64,000 bases of DNA from Blasia pusilla (lineage: Eukaryota), in the NCBI GenBank assembly GCA_050084515.1, contig CM114271.1:42160001-42224000 (forward strand). The letters are read 5' to 3'. Positions 1-10,721 of this stretch are shown in pieces; positions within the stretch are counted from its first letter, which is position 1, and each line of letters opens with the position of its first letter. A model generated the notes under the pieces. That model was not told the origin of the DNA. It did no database searches and was given only the letters and a program-made list of their open reading frames with translations. A program made the translations under genes and the position numbers.

Positions 1-15
1 GGGCCGAGTCGAGAT

Positions 16-419
16 TGTTGGATTCTCAACATCCACTTCTCTAAGCACCATTAATCTGATCGGCCCCCTTGTATGAGGAGAAGCCTAGATTGATGGTTCC
101 GACTTAGACATTGAAGAGTCATAGTAATATGACGTAGGTGGTTTGAGGAGTAGCTTTACTAAGTTTATCTAACCCTATATTGCATCAAGGGAAAAAATTT
201 TCTATTAATAGAAACGAAGAAAAATAGGTAAAAACCCTACTTTTCTCGAGTAGTCAAATAGTCGGGAGCCGCAGCGGTAGCGCATTCTCGTATGTCGAGT
301 TATCTCCCAATTCAGGTTCCATCGAAGCTCTTCTGTGAGCGCACGGACGGACTAGGCCACTTTGTATCTCTAAGTTTTGTAAAGATTTCAGTGATTTCGT
401 CACTTTCTGTTTTCTCACA
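16..419 (+). mobile_element. Solo LTR of the Ty1/copia family at 28682-33723
   Basis: TGTTGGATTCTCAAC...TTTCTCACA is the reverse complement of the LTRs at 28682-29132 and 33232-33723, minus their GC-rich internal segment. There is no adjacent PBS or PPT. Confidence 0.9.
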
Positions 420-1839
420 GTTGTAAACTAAGAAAACTATGAAGGTTGAGCTTGATGAGGGGCCGAGTCGAGAACTCGGAAAGTTAGAACGCTGATTGAA
501 CCAGACCCGACTAACATGAGTGTGTGTTTGGGTGTAGATCAAGATTGAGAGTGTGTCCTACTTAACGCACGCTTTCGCAACATTAAAGATTTACGTTCAA
601 AGAGAGTAGATGCACGATCGAGAGCTTGGGAGCTCATTCTCTCTTTGTTGAACCTCTTGGCATGAGACAACGGAGCTATGGTCCTCCTTGCCTCATGTAT
701 GTAATCCAAGCCTCTCAATAGGAGAGTGGGTTTGGTTTGACATCAGAGAGATGGAGTTGTGCACCTTATGAGATATTGTGAGAGTGTTACTTGATTTACA
801 AAGAGAGAATGAGAGCTACAATGCACAAGCTTGTTGATGTCTTGCTATGTTTTGAGGTTAGGAACCATGTTTTCCATTTGATAGCTCACAGGAGTGCTCA
901 TGGGAGCAAGAGCCGTCTTCTGGGTGTTGTTTCTTTGCAATTTCTTCGTACGAGAGAGTGGCGCGCGAACGCATCGCCCAATTGTTGGTAGAAATTAAGT
1001 ATGGGAGCAAGTTTCTCCATGTTGGTGCTCTTGAGAGCATTATGTAGATTTATAGTTCATGTTTGTATAGGTTTTCAAATTTTTTGGGAGAAATCAATGC
1101 GGAAGCGTTGCCAAAATTTGTGGAGAAGGGTAGGTCATTGGCTACACCACAATAGCTGCCAATTTTTTATGAAAGGTTGAATGAAGAAATCAATTGACGA
1201 CATTGTAAATTAGAAAGTTGTACACATTGTCAAAGAAACAATGCAAAATTTGTACATTTGAGCACGAAGTTGTGACCATTTCTGTGGCTTCCATAGCCAA
1301 TTTGTGAAGGAAGAAGAAATTTCAAAATTCTTGGTAAAATCCTTCTTTGAGAGGTAGAAAAAAGTAAGAAATGATTTCATCCTAGTGCATAAGACAAGAG
1401 GAAAAAGTGATTTGAGGGTAACATCTAGTGGAAACTTTATTTAGTCGGTGTTGGCCCAAGATTTATGGGGCTTAGTGAAGTATAAGCCAAATGTGAAATA
1501 ATTTTAGTGAGTTGAATCTTGTTTTAAGGGTTTAGTGAAGTGGGAAGAAAAAAGATTTTGACTTTTTAATAAATTTAAAATAGAACCATATTTATCCACA
1601 TGTGAGATATCATAATTATTTTTGACTTTCATCGTCCAGGCCGTCCTTGCTCCATCTGTGTGGCCATCATTAACGGTGTCAATGATCATTCGCGGAAAAT
1701 TTCTTCACCATTGTTGATTGGACGGTAGACATCAGGTCCAACTGTTCTTCAACCATGCAAGTCCACTCAAGCATCACTGGCTACAAACAAAGGGAGAGGA
1801 AAAGGAAAAGAAAAAGGGAAGACATCAAGGCCTAGAGAT

Positions 1840-2217
1840 ATTAACGAGGCATCTATTTCGAGTGGATGTGATCAAATCATTTGGATAGGAAGAGTTCAAA
1901 AAATTAGGAGGAAATATGGAGCCAAGTTTTCTCAATCTAGACATGAAGTGGATTTTCGAGATAGACCTGCCCCTCTAAATGAAGGTGGCGAATCTGTATG
2001 CCAAGTCATGTGTAATTGGTATAAGCCAATAAGCAATAGCAAGAACAAGTTTAAATATAATGAGGTAGATACTAGATGGATTGATATTGAGATGGTATTG
2101 AGCTTGGTGACCACGCGAGTTACAAGCAGGTGTCTAGTGAAGACATGGACTTCAGATGAAAATGATAGAAAGGCCCTTGATAGATTTTTAGAGGAGAACC
2201 ATATTTTGAGGACATGA
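1840..2217 (+). pseudogene. Degenerate coding remnant, possibly DNA-transposon derived
   Basis: Protein-like frame (IWIGRVQKIRRKYG...WYKP...FKYNEVDTRWIDIEMVLSLV) with no intact upstream gene. The family assignment is only an impression. Confidence 0.25.
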
Positions 2218-2293
2218 TGTCCACCCTGTTCATTCTTTGCAGATTCTTCTTATTAAAGATTAAGTTACAGTCAAGCTCATGAGACACCTGAAC

Positions 2294-3365
2294 TGTTACA
2301 TTTGGTACTCACACGAAGTAGGGAAGATTAATCTTGGTTAGTTAGTTAAGCGCCATTGTCTTAACTAGGATTAGTTAATCAGAGTTAGTCTAACTCGAGA
2401 CTATGGTTAAGGTAAGGGTTAGGGTTGCTTGTACATGCCCTATATAATTGAGAAGGGAACCAGCCTCCACTCATTCTCTCATTGCAAATTTTGTTCTCCA
2501 TGTTGGTGTGTAAGTGTGAGAGTCGTTTCCCACCAATTATGCTTCTTTAGCAATTTTCCACATGGTATCAGAACGATAGAAGAACATCACTTGAAATTCT
2601 TGGTATTTGAGGAGAGAAGAGAGGCAAGAGAAGGCACAATTTTAGTTTGGGAGAAGGAAATTTTATTCACAGCTCAGTGGGTGCAAATTTCAGGTGGAGC
2701 TTTGACGGTGATAAAGCTTTGGAGGCGTTTATGAAGGCTTTCCCGGTCGATTAAGCTATCTGGGTCTGCAACGGCTAGAATATTGCCAAAGGCTGGTTCT
2801 AGCCGTCTTGAAGAGCTTGTTGAGAGCTTTCCAACGCACCCAAAATTGTTTGATTCTGACATTGTGAGCTCCTGTAGTAGCAATTTCAGTGTAGGAAAGT
2901 GCAATTAGTGAAGAAAAGTTATGCAGTTTGCTCTCTACATGCCAATTTCGACTAGTTCTTTCATACAGTTGATCAATTTTGGCAAATTTCAAGTCAATTT
3001 CTATGTAGGAGTGGTCTATGCTTCAATTGGAGCAATAGAGAGCCTTAAATTACGTTTTTGTGAGTGAAATCGTTCGTCATGGAGTATTCCTCATCAACAA
3101 TCACATGCGAGAAGCTAGACAAGCATAATTACAATGTCTGGAAGTTTCGCATGAAATAATTTCTCATGGATCAAGAAGTATGGGAGCTTGTCACAGGTGA
3201 TGAGGCCAAGTTAGAAGGTGACTCAATAGACTTGAATGTTCGCGCTTGGAACAAACGCGCAAGGCAAGTAATCCACTACATTTCAATAACGATCAGTTTG
3301 CCAATGATAGGTCACATTCAAGATGTTGATACTCCGAAGGAGGCCTAGGATGCATTGTGTATGGT
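2294..3365 (+). mobile_element. Truncated Ty1/copia element (5' LTR, PBS, gag fragment) of a second family
   Basis: Candidate LTR TGTTACA(2294)...TTCCACA(2562) with TATATAA near 2441, followed by the Met-i PBS TGGTATCAGA (2563-2572). Gag-like EKLDKHNYNVWKFRMK*FLMDQEVWELV...PKEA* at about 3079-3348 contains stops. Confidence 0.75.
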
Positions 3366-4129
3366 CATCACTCACTATGCGAGAGATTCTCCGTCTTATC
3401 ACCTGTTACCTTCTCCACTTCTTCCTCTCTCTAGCACCGTGGAAGATACCAAGGAATATCTAAGGATAAGATCTATCCAATGAGGATAGTTTTAGTTGCA
3501 GCAAAGTTAATGCAAGCTTCGGATGTTTTCACTAATGGAATCATATCTCAGGAGAAAGGAAATGTGACATACCACCAGAAGTCTACTCCTTCAATGATAT
3601 ACTCTACTCTTCTAAAGTCTGGTGCCTAGTGCCAAAGGAATGGCCCAAGATTCTCCACAAACTCTGTGGCAATGCTTGGGAATTTGGAAAATGACTCCTC
3701 ATGATGCACTAATGGCTAGATTTGGTGAGCTACCAAAGGAAAAAATTCATTCCACAAAAATGTGTGATCATATTCCTCCTTTACATCTTGGTTACCATGA
3801 ATGATGACCCCAATCTCCTCTCTGTAACAGCCCTAAAAGCATCCTTAGAATGTTGCTACCAAAATAACAAATCATTACCACAATTGCACAGAATGGCTCT
3901 AAAAGTGGCATCAATTCATGATCTGTCAAGAAGGCTCTGTTAGAGGAGCTGTGCAAGACTCACATAGTTGGGATAAGCACCAAAATATTTAGGGAAGGAG
4001 TTGCAGTAAGTCTGAGTCTTCTATTGGAAGGATGTGCAAAATTACCACTCTTTCATGAACACTAGAGAGATTGCATCTATGTGTCTATCAGATAGAGTGC
4101 CGACTGTCCAAAATGTGGCCATTCTACAG

Positions 4130-4670
4130 GTTGATATATATCTCATATGTGGCAATGCAATGCGCTACAATGGACCAAATATGATATATTACAAGCAGGT
4201 AATGTGTGAAAGGTTTTAGGTTGCGATGTTGATGATGTTAACCTTTCATGCATGCTGCATTTTGATAGCTTTATTTTGGTTCCTCATAGGATCTTGTTTT
4301 TTCCAGGCACGGGCTATCAAGGATATAGCTCGGAGGGCATTGGAAGGTATTAGAAGTAAGCTTGGAGGGGAAATTTGGAAACCTGTATCCCACAAAAAGA
4401 AACCACCTCCGCCCAAGAAACTTCACTCTAAGAAACCAACTCCCAGCAAAGTGCGATTTGATGTTGCAAGTTCAGACTTTGCCTCAGGTGCAACATTGGC
4501 TGGGGATGGAGAAGTCGGGGGATGGTCTAATTCTACTGTGGATGCGGGGAAAGCTAAGAAAGGGGCATCAATGGAGAAGCTGGTGGGCATGGGTGAGGAT
4601 TCTGAAAGTGCGTGGGCCTTCCAAATTGGTTCTACTGAAGGCAAAGTTGATGAACAAGACGAGCCCTCAG
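4130..4670 (+). pseudogene. Bromodomain-protein gene fragment (exons 4130-4198 and 4307-4670), interrupted by the MULE
   Basis: Spliced translation VDIYLICGNAMRYNGPNMIYYKQ|ARAIKDIARRAL matches the bromodomain B/C helices with the conserved YN. GT-AG intron 4199-4306; next donor GTATAT at 4671. Upstream exons were not found. Confidence 0.7.
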
Positions 4671-5377
4671 GTATATGGGGGCTGGTATTCTGGCAGGAGA
4701 GAGGAAGAGAGAAGAGGAAGAGAGGAAGAGAGGAGAGTCTCTCTTAAAAAGAAAAGGGCCAAATCCGCCTCCTCTCTTCAAAATGTTTTGATATATTTGA
4801 AATTTTTGTTTGCTTTCAAATTCATGAAATCTTTAGAAGAGAGTAGGTAGTGGTCCACATTCAAGCCTAAAGAAACCTCCTTTTTCCAAGGGGCGAAAAA
4901 CAAATAGACATCATAAGACCACTACAAACATTTTTTCATCACTCTCCATGTGAGCCTAAGTTTCTTCACATTGCCTGTCTTAGTCTACAGTAAGTTGTGC
5001 TGAGGGATATTTTTGTTGGAGGACCATTGGCAACTAATTTGACCAGAAGTAGCAATCTCATCTCAATGAAAGGTTCAAATAAAGACCAACTTTGTGAAAT
5101 GTGAACATAGGAGACGATAATTAAACCAAAAGATTGTTAGCTGTCTGGAGTAAAGAGGAACTAAAGTCCCTTCATTGAGATCCTAAATCTGATAAACCGA
5201 GAAGCTGCACCCCTCCCAACCTGTCGGAATTTTACAGGTTCCAACTCTTGCAACCCGTGGGAATCAGATGGCTTGCACCCCTTGCAAGCAAACTCACCAT
5301 AACAAAGGAAAGATTTTGAGAAGTGATTCCATTCCACCCTGCACCCATGAAAATCCAACTGTTTGGGAATCCGAAAT

Positions 5378-6510
5378 GGCAATCCGACAGGTTATAGGAA
5401 TCCAGCACGTCTTAGAGAAGAAAAGAAGCCTAAGACTGGTTTGACGATACTAGGGGAACGAGCCAAAAGTGAAGAAGCCCGCCATAATACCTCGGAATTT
5501 GGTCTCCCAGGGAAAGAGTCCGATCACTCAAGTAGCCAACCTGTCGAAATCCGACAGCTTGTCTGGAAACGGTTGAAAAGTTGCAGTGGTCAAAAAGTGA
5601 AAAGTTACAACCCGTCGGAATCAGACGGGTTGCAAAATAAACATTCTGAGTAGCTATACGAACACAATCGACAAGTCCAAAAAAAATATTCAGCAAACTT
5701 TTACAAACACCATTATCGTTTGAAAAAATCTCGTCCTTTATTACATCCGAAGGAAGCTCGGAAATGTACATTTGATCTAGTCTATGATTTCTTCAGCCTC
5801 GTCATCTACAAATTTACTCCTAACTCTCCTAGGTTCATGTACAAAAGGAATGTCCTGGGATACAAGTGGCTCCTCTGGCCGATCGTAGACGGGGATCAAA
5901 AATGTTGGCGAATTTGAGAGCCTTGGCCCCCCCCTAAGTACACCATAACAGTCCCATGTAACCTGATTTGAGTCCCACCGCCTTCCTCGGCAGTATATCT
6001 TGTACGCTCTGCAATGTGACACCCATCCAGTATCAATATGTGCTCTGTCCTTGGAAATACCATCATGGCAATCCAATAAGTAGTAGGAATCCTACACCTC
6101 TTAGAGAAGAGAAGAAGCCTACGCCTTGTTTGACGATACTAGGGGAAGGTGCCAAAGTGAAGAAGCCCGCCAGAATGCCTCTAAAGTTGGACTAACAAGG
6201 AAAGAGTCCGATCACTCACGCAACCAACCTGTCGAAATTTGACAGGTTGCCTGGAAGTGGTTAAAAAGATGCAGTGGTCAAAAAGTGAAAAGTTGCAAGC
6301 CGTGGAAATCCGACGGGTTGCAAAATAAATTGTCCGAGTACATAGACGATCACATTCGACAACACCAAAAAAGATATTCAGCAAACTTTTACAAACACCA
6401 TCATCGTTCAAAAAAATCTTGTCCTTTATTACATCGGAAAGAAGCTCGGAACTGTACATTAGATCTATTCTATGAATTCTTTTGCCTCGTCATCAAATAA
6501 ATCCCTACTC
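5378..6510. repeat. ~440-bp direct duplication in the element's subterminal region (5378-5815 and 6068-6510; mirrored at about 20310-21480)
   Basis: Both units run GGCAATCC...CTTAGAGAAGA.AAGAAGCC...GCCTCGTCATC...TACTCC and contain palindrome copies. Confidence 0.8.
5777..6076 (-). CDS. Small conserved ORF/exon of unknown function in the transposon (counterpart 20755-21075, +)
   Basis: GWVSHCRAYK.YCRGRRWDSN.VTWD.YGV.RGGPRLSNSPTF.IPVY.RPEEPLVSQDIP...RRVRSKFVDDEAEEIID* is open and nearly identical in both copies. The start is uncertain. Confidence 0.4.
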   Translation of the reverse strand: MDCHDGISKDRAHIDTGWVSHCRAYKIYCRGRRWDSNQVTWDCYGVLRGGPRLSNSPTFLIPVYDRPEEPLVSQDIPFVHEPRRVRSKFVDDEAEEIID

Positions 6511-6550
6511 CAAACGCTGCAGTCAAGCTGGGTCCTTGAGTTCTTTGAAC

Positions 6551-9500
6551 TCACTCGTCATCGTCCGAGAGCTCTTCCAGAATTACAGTCGGCCTTGCCC
6601 TCCCGATTTTTGGAATTGTGGGAAGTGAAGATGGTGTCACTACCAATGGTGGGTTTGGAACTGGAGCTCTTGGCTTCAGAGGAGAGTTGTGCGCCCCAAC
6701 TAGCCTGTCGTAATCTGCCTTTGCCTCTTTGCAAAGGTCAAACAGTTCTTGCCTTCCCTCAAGGCAGAGAATGTTCATGCCACTCTGCCAGGCGCCTCTG
6801 ATACTCGCCCCTGAAAGGCCCACTAAGTCGAACACCAAGTCACCCGGCCTTGAGTAGAGCTCGATGAGCGTTTGCATCAGGGCTGGTGACTTTTCCCTTT
6901 CTCCAAGTAAGGGGGTACCGTCTTGCATGTAAATTCCCGAGGGAGAATTGTATAAACTGTCTAAGCTATACCGATCGGAGCATGGATCCATAGGATACAG
7001 GATCTTAAACACCTTGAAGTTGTGCTCGGGCCGAACAAAGCAGTTAACATGGGAGTGGTCCATCTGTAAAGAAGCACGTTGGAAACAATGTTGGCAACAA
7101 GAAAGAGCTACTTGACCATTGGTCTACTCTCAGTATGGTGACAAAATGTGCAACACGTCCCCAAAGTACTTCGCTTAACCCCAGAGAACTTCGTTATAAT
7201 CCTAACATTAGAGCAACCTGTCGGAGTCCGACAGGTTTTCTTACAAGAGTTAGTGATTTTTTTGTCCATGAGCAATCTATCAGAAGGCAATAGGTTGCTG
7301 GCTTAGAGCAGCCCATGGTTGGTTAAGAGCAACCCGTCGCTTTCAGATGGGTTGCATCATTCCAGAAACACAAGGAAAAAGCATAAGCACTTGCAACCCG
7401 TCGGGTTCCGACGGGTTGCATTCACCCAATGGAGACTTGCGGTAAATTTGCAACCCGTCGCTTTCAGACGGATTGCACCACCGAAGTCTCCAGCTCAAAC
7501 AATCCGACGGGTTGCATGCAGAGATGCAACCCGTCGGAGAAAAACAATTTGGATACAGATTTAGAGCCCTTACCCGGATTTGACTCGTCGCGGATCGGAG
7601 TGGGTACTCGTTCTTGATGACCCACGATTGCGCCGTCCTCCATTTCAGCGCTCTCTTGACGCACTGCAAGTTGAAGAGCTCGTCCTCGCTCCCTCCAGTC
7701 AAAACAAAGAAATAGGCCCTGTCACTGAAATAAGCCTCTGTAAGGGAAAATAGGAGCGCGATCTGGTCATAAGAAAGAGGGACATTCCAGTCTAGGACCC
7801 CGTCGGACGGATTCTCTTCCCACAAGTGCAACCACGAGGGCAAATCAGTGACTAGGACATCCACCGCCACCTCTTCGACCTCCCCATCGACCGTCTAGGG
7901 AGCATGCCCGTTTTGTTGAAGCTTCCGTCCCAGCGTTGTCAATTTGTCGATGGCGGATGTCGACGCTTGGGAACTGAAACTTTTCAGCTCATCCAGAAGA
8001 TTCGTGCAGTGAATGATGACGCTTGTCCAGATCGTTGTTTCTCTATGTCTTCCCAAGGATGATGGAGTGTATTCCACGTCCTGGTCTGCTCCCTGGGACA
8101 ACCCTGGCGCCTCTCGCTTCCGCTTCTCCCGAGTCTGCGGTCGGCTTGTTGGGGTCTCTATTACCTCCGACTCTGGTGGAGTTATTTTTGCAGAGGACCT
8201 GGTCTGACCCTCTCTCCCCGCTCGCCCGGACGATTCCGGCTCTCGCCTTGAATTTTCAGCCTCTCTTTGGGAAGACTCGGCCTCGGAATTCTTCGATCCC
8301 CTCGCCTTGGCTTTGAGACCCGCTGTAGATTTGTCCTTGGCATTGACGACCTTGGACACCAACTCCACTGTCTCGAGGGCTTGCTCCTCCCCATCTCCTT
8401 CGAAAAAGTTTTCAGGCTGCACAAAATTGGGGATGTCGTCCCTACCTGAGGCCACTGCATCATAGAGCAGGCGTAGATCTTTCTCGGTTATGTCCTCAGG
8501 GTCGTTGAAGTCCAGCCAGATCGGGAAATTCTCCACCTTCCAATCGGACATGCTTTGAGCCATCTCCATGTCGTACATGGAAAATGTCTCTCCATCAGGC
8601 AAAGAAGCCCACAATTTGCAGGTTGCCGGTATTTTTTGCCATGTATGTGCATTCTTACAATGGAGGAGGTACTTGAACACCATGCGTTGGGCAACTCTTA
8701 GTCGAGATGCATCGGCTGTCTGCTCCTAAAGATCTCGCTTCTTCTTTGCGAAATCCCTTTTCTTTGCCTCTATTTCTTCATCAAGGTCTGCCTGAGGGAG
8801 GATGCGATCCTTGAACATCGTCTTGAAACCTGGGTTTTTATGGGCTTGTCCCGTATGTAATCCAGCCAAAGTTCAAAATCTTCAGCATTCTCTAGGTTTG
8901 CTTCCTCCGAAACTGGCTCTATTCTTTTCAGCTCCGCTTGGAGACCCACGAGCATGGACTTCCCGAGAAGCCGCAACGCGTCCCAGAATGACCATTCATG
9001 GAGCCAATGGGAGATCACTGGATCAGAGACATCCGGAGGTTGGTGTGCCGCCCTCTTTTGGGCCTCTGTGCCCTTGAGACTAATTTTCATCAGTCGGATT
9101 CTCTTAAATTTCAAAATTCCAGACAAGGCAAATCGATGCACGCGATCGAGAGACACTTTCTCCCCAATCCGACTGTGCGGATCTTCATCCCTCTTCCGCT
9201 AGTGCTTGATTATCGCCTTCAGCTCCTTGAAGAAATCGAGGCCAAGTTCGGAGCTGAGAATGGCGATGTAGCGCTGCATCTTGCTTGCCATGTACTTCGT
9301 AGCTGCAGATACTGCAGCTTGGATGAACTTAGCACGCTCAGACATAGACACTTTCTCCCTCCGCTCGAGCTCCAATGCAACGCTCTTCTTGGCGGCCTGT
9401 ATCTTCGACCAGCAAAGGATTGTCACGACTGCATCTTGGGAAATAAATGTATTTGCCCAAGTTTTTTTTTTATGATAGCACCCTTTGCCAGCATCTCACT

Positions 9501-9613
9501 TATAAGGGCGTCGCCCAAGAACGCCTTATACTCTGTCGGGTGCATCGTTAGCACTTTCTTCACCCGATCGCAATCCTAGATCCAGTGGTGGGACGTTCCC
9601 CTCCGATACAATC
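6551..9613 (-). pseudogene. ParB-MTase cargo gene, outer copy, 3' exons (9613-7574 and 7063-6551): beta-class N4/N6 DNA methyltransferase-like domain
   Basis: AVDVLVTDLPS (motif IV-like) precedes EKSPALMQTLIELYSRPGDLVFDLVGLSGASIRGAWQSGMNILCLE (motifs X-I-II-like). GT-AG intron 7573-7064. Several in-frame stops and frameshifts. Confidence 0.8.
7213..7540. repeat. Array of 29-bp palindromes in the MTase intron (outer copy)
   Basis: About 7 copies, e.g. TGCAACCCGTCGGGTTCCGACGGGTTGCA at about 7392-7420. Confidence 0.9.
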
Positions 9614-9662
9614 CTGCACATCCAAACTCAATATAAGAAATTTTGCAAGCTACATGGGTTCC

Positions 9663-10310
9663 TGCAACTCGTCGGACTCCGATAGGTCGTCACAACTCAT
9701 GGTCGGAATGGTAGCTACAAGCTAAATTTTGCAACCCATCGGAGTCCGACGGATTGCATTCAGATTTGTGATTTCCAGGTTTCAACCCGTCGGACTCCGA
9801 CAGGTTGTCAGATAATTTGTATTTAGAGAGTGGTTACCGCGAGAAAAGTGAACATATCAACCCGTCGGAGTCCGACAGGTTGCGCAATTTCAATTAAAGC
9901 TGCAATTTGACGCCAAAAATCTAGCTCCCCTACTCCGATCACCTTCCCGTGTCAGCGAATGCAACCTGTCGGACTCCGACGAGTTGCTTTCGGCCAAAAA
10001 CATCCAAAAACATCTGCCAGTCAAGCAACCCGTCGGACTCTGACGAGTTACTTTCTTCCAAGAACATCCAAAAATAGCGGCCGGTCGAGCAACTCGTTGG
10101 ACTCCGACGAGTTGCTTTTAGCCAAAAACATCCTAAACCAATGGTCAGTCAAACAACTCGTCGGACTCCGACGAGTTGCTTTCGGCCAAAAACATCCTAA
10201 ACTAGTGGTCAGTCAAACAACTCGTCGGACTCCGACGAGTTGCTTCCGGCCAAAAACATCCCAAAAATAGTGGCGACTCAAACAACTTGTCGGAGTCCGA
10301 CAATTTGCAA
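9663..10310. repeat. Palindrome array in cargo-gene intron 2 (outer copy), partly a ~64-bp tandem repeat
   Basis: About 10 copies of CAAC(C/T)CGTCGGACTCCGACG(A/G)GTTG. Spacers from 9960 to 10310 are related to each other (..GGCCAAAAACATCC..). Confidence 0.9.
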
Positions 10311-10721
10311 CAAGAGGAGGTGCGGTAAGAGGAGAGGAAGAGAGGAAGAGAGGAGAGAGGAGAGAGGAAACTACCTTCAACCGAAATAGATACTTTTTTT
10401 TGAAGAGAGTTTCCGTTGGGTTGAAGAGAGGAAAATTTTTGTTTGAATTTTGTTGCACTTTTTTGTTCATATATTAAGCAGTCCCCCAGTTTTTTTTTCC
10501 TCTTCCATATTTTGGCAACCCCTCTGAGTCCGACGAGTTCCAAATTGCTCAAAATTTAGAAAACTGAAAAATTGGTGGAATCATAAGTGTGGAACCAATC
10601 ACTTTTTCCATCCAAGGTCTGGAAAAAATCTGTCATTTGCCCGGGGCTGAATAGAGTTCAAGCTCAAAGTGAAGGTTGAGAAAAACAATAAAAGTACAAT
10701 CTAAAACCTCATTTTGCATCC

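Noticed and set aside
9663-10310. CRISPR-like array (29-bp palindromic repeats with ~35-bp spacers)
   Set aside because: Spacers are often copies of one another, repeats are degenerate and irregularly spaced, the arrays lie inside spliceosomal introns, and no cas genes are present.
10308-10320. 8-bp TSD implying a Zisupton/hAT-type element
   Set aside because: Both insertions are consistent with 9-bp TSDs and a GAGGTGCGG terminus, and the transposase motifs (D, D, xxFH, E, SWIM) are MULE-like.
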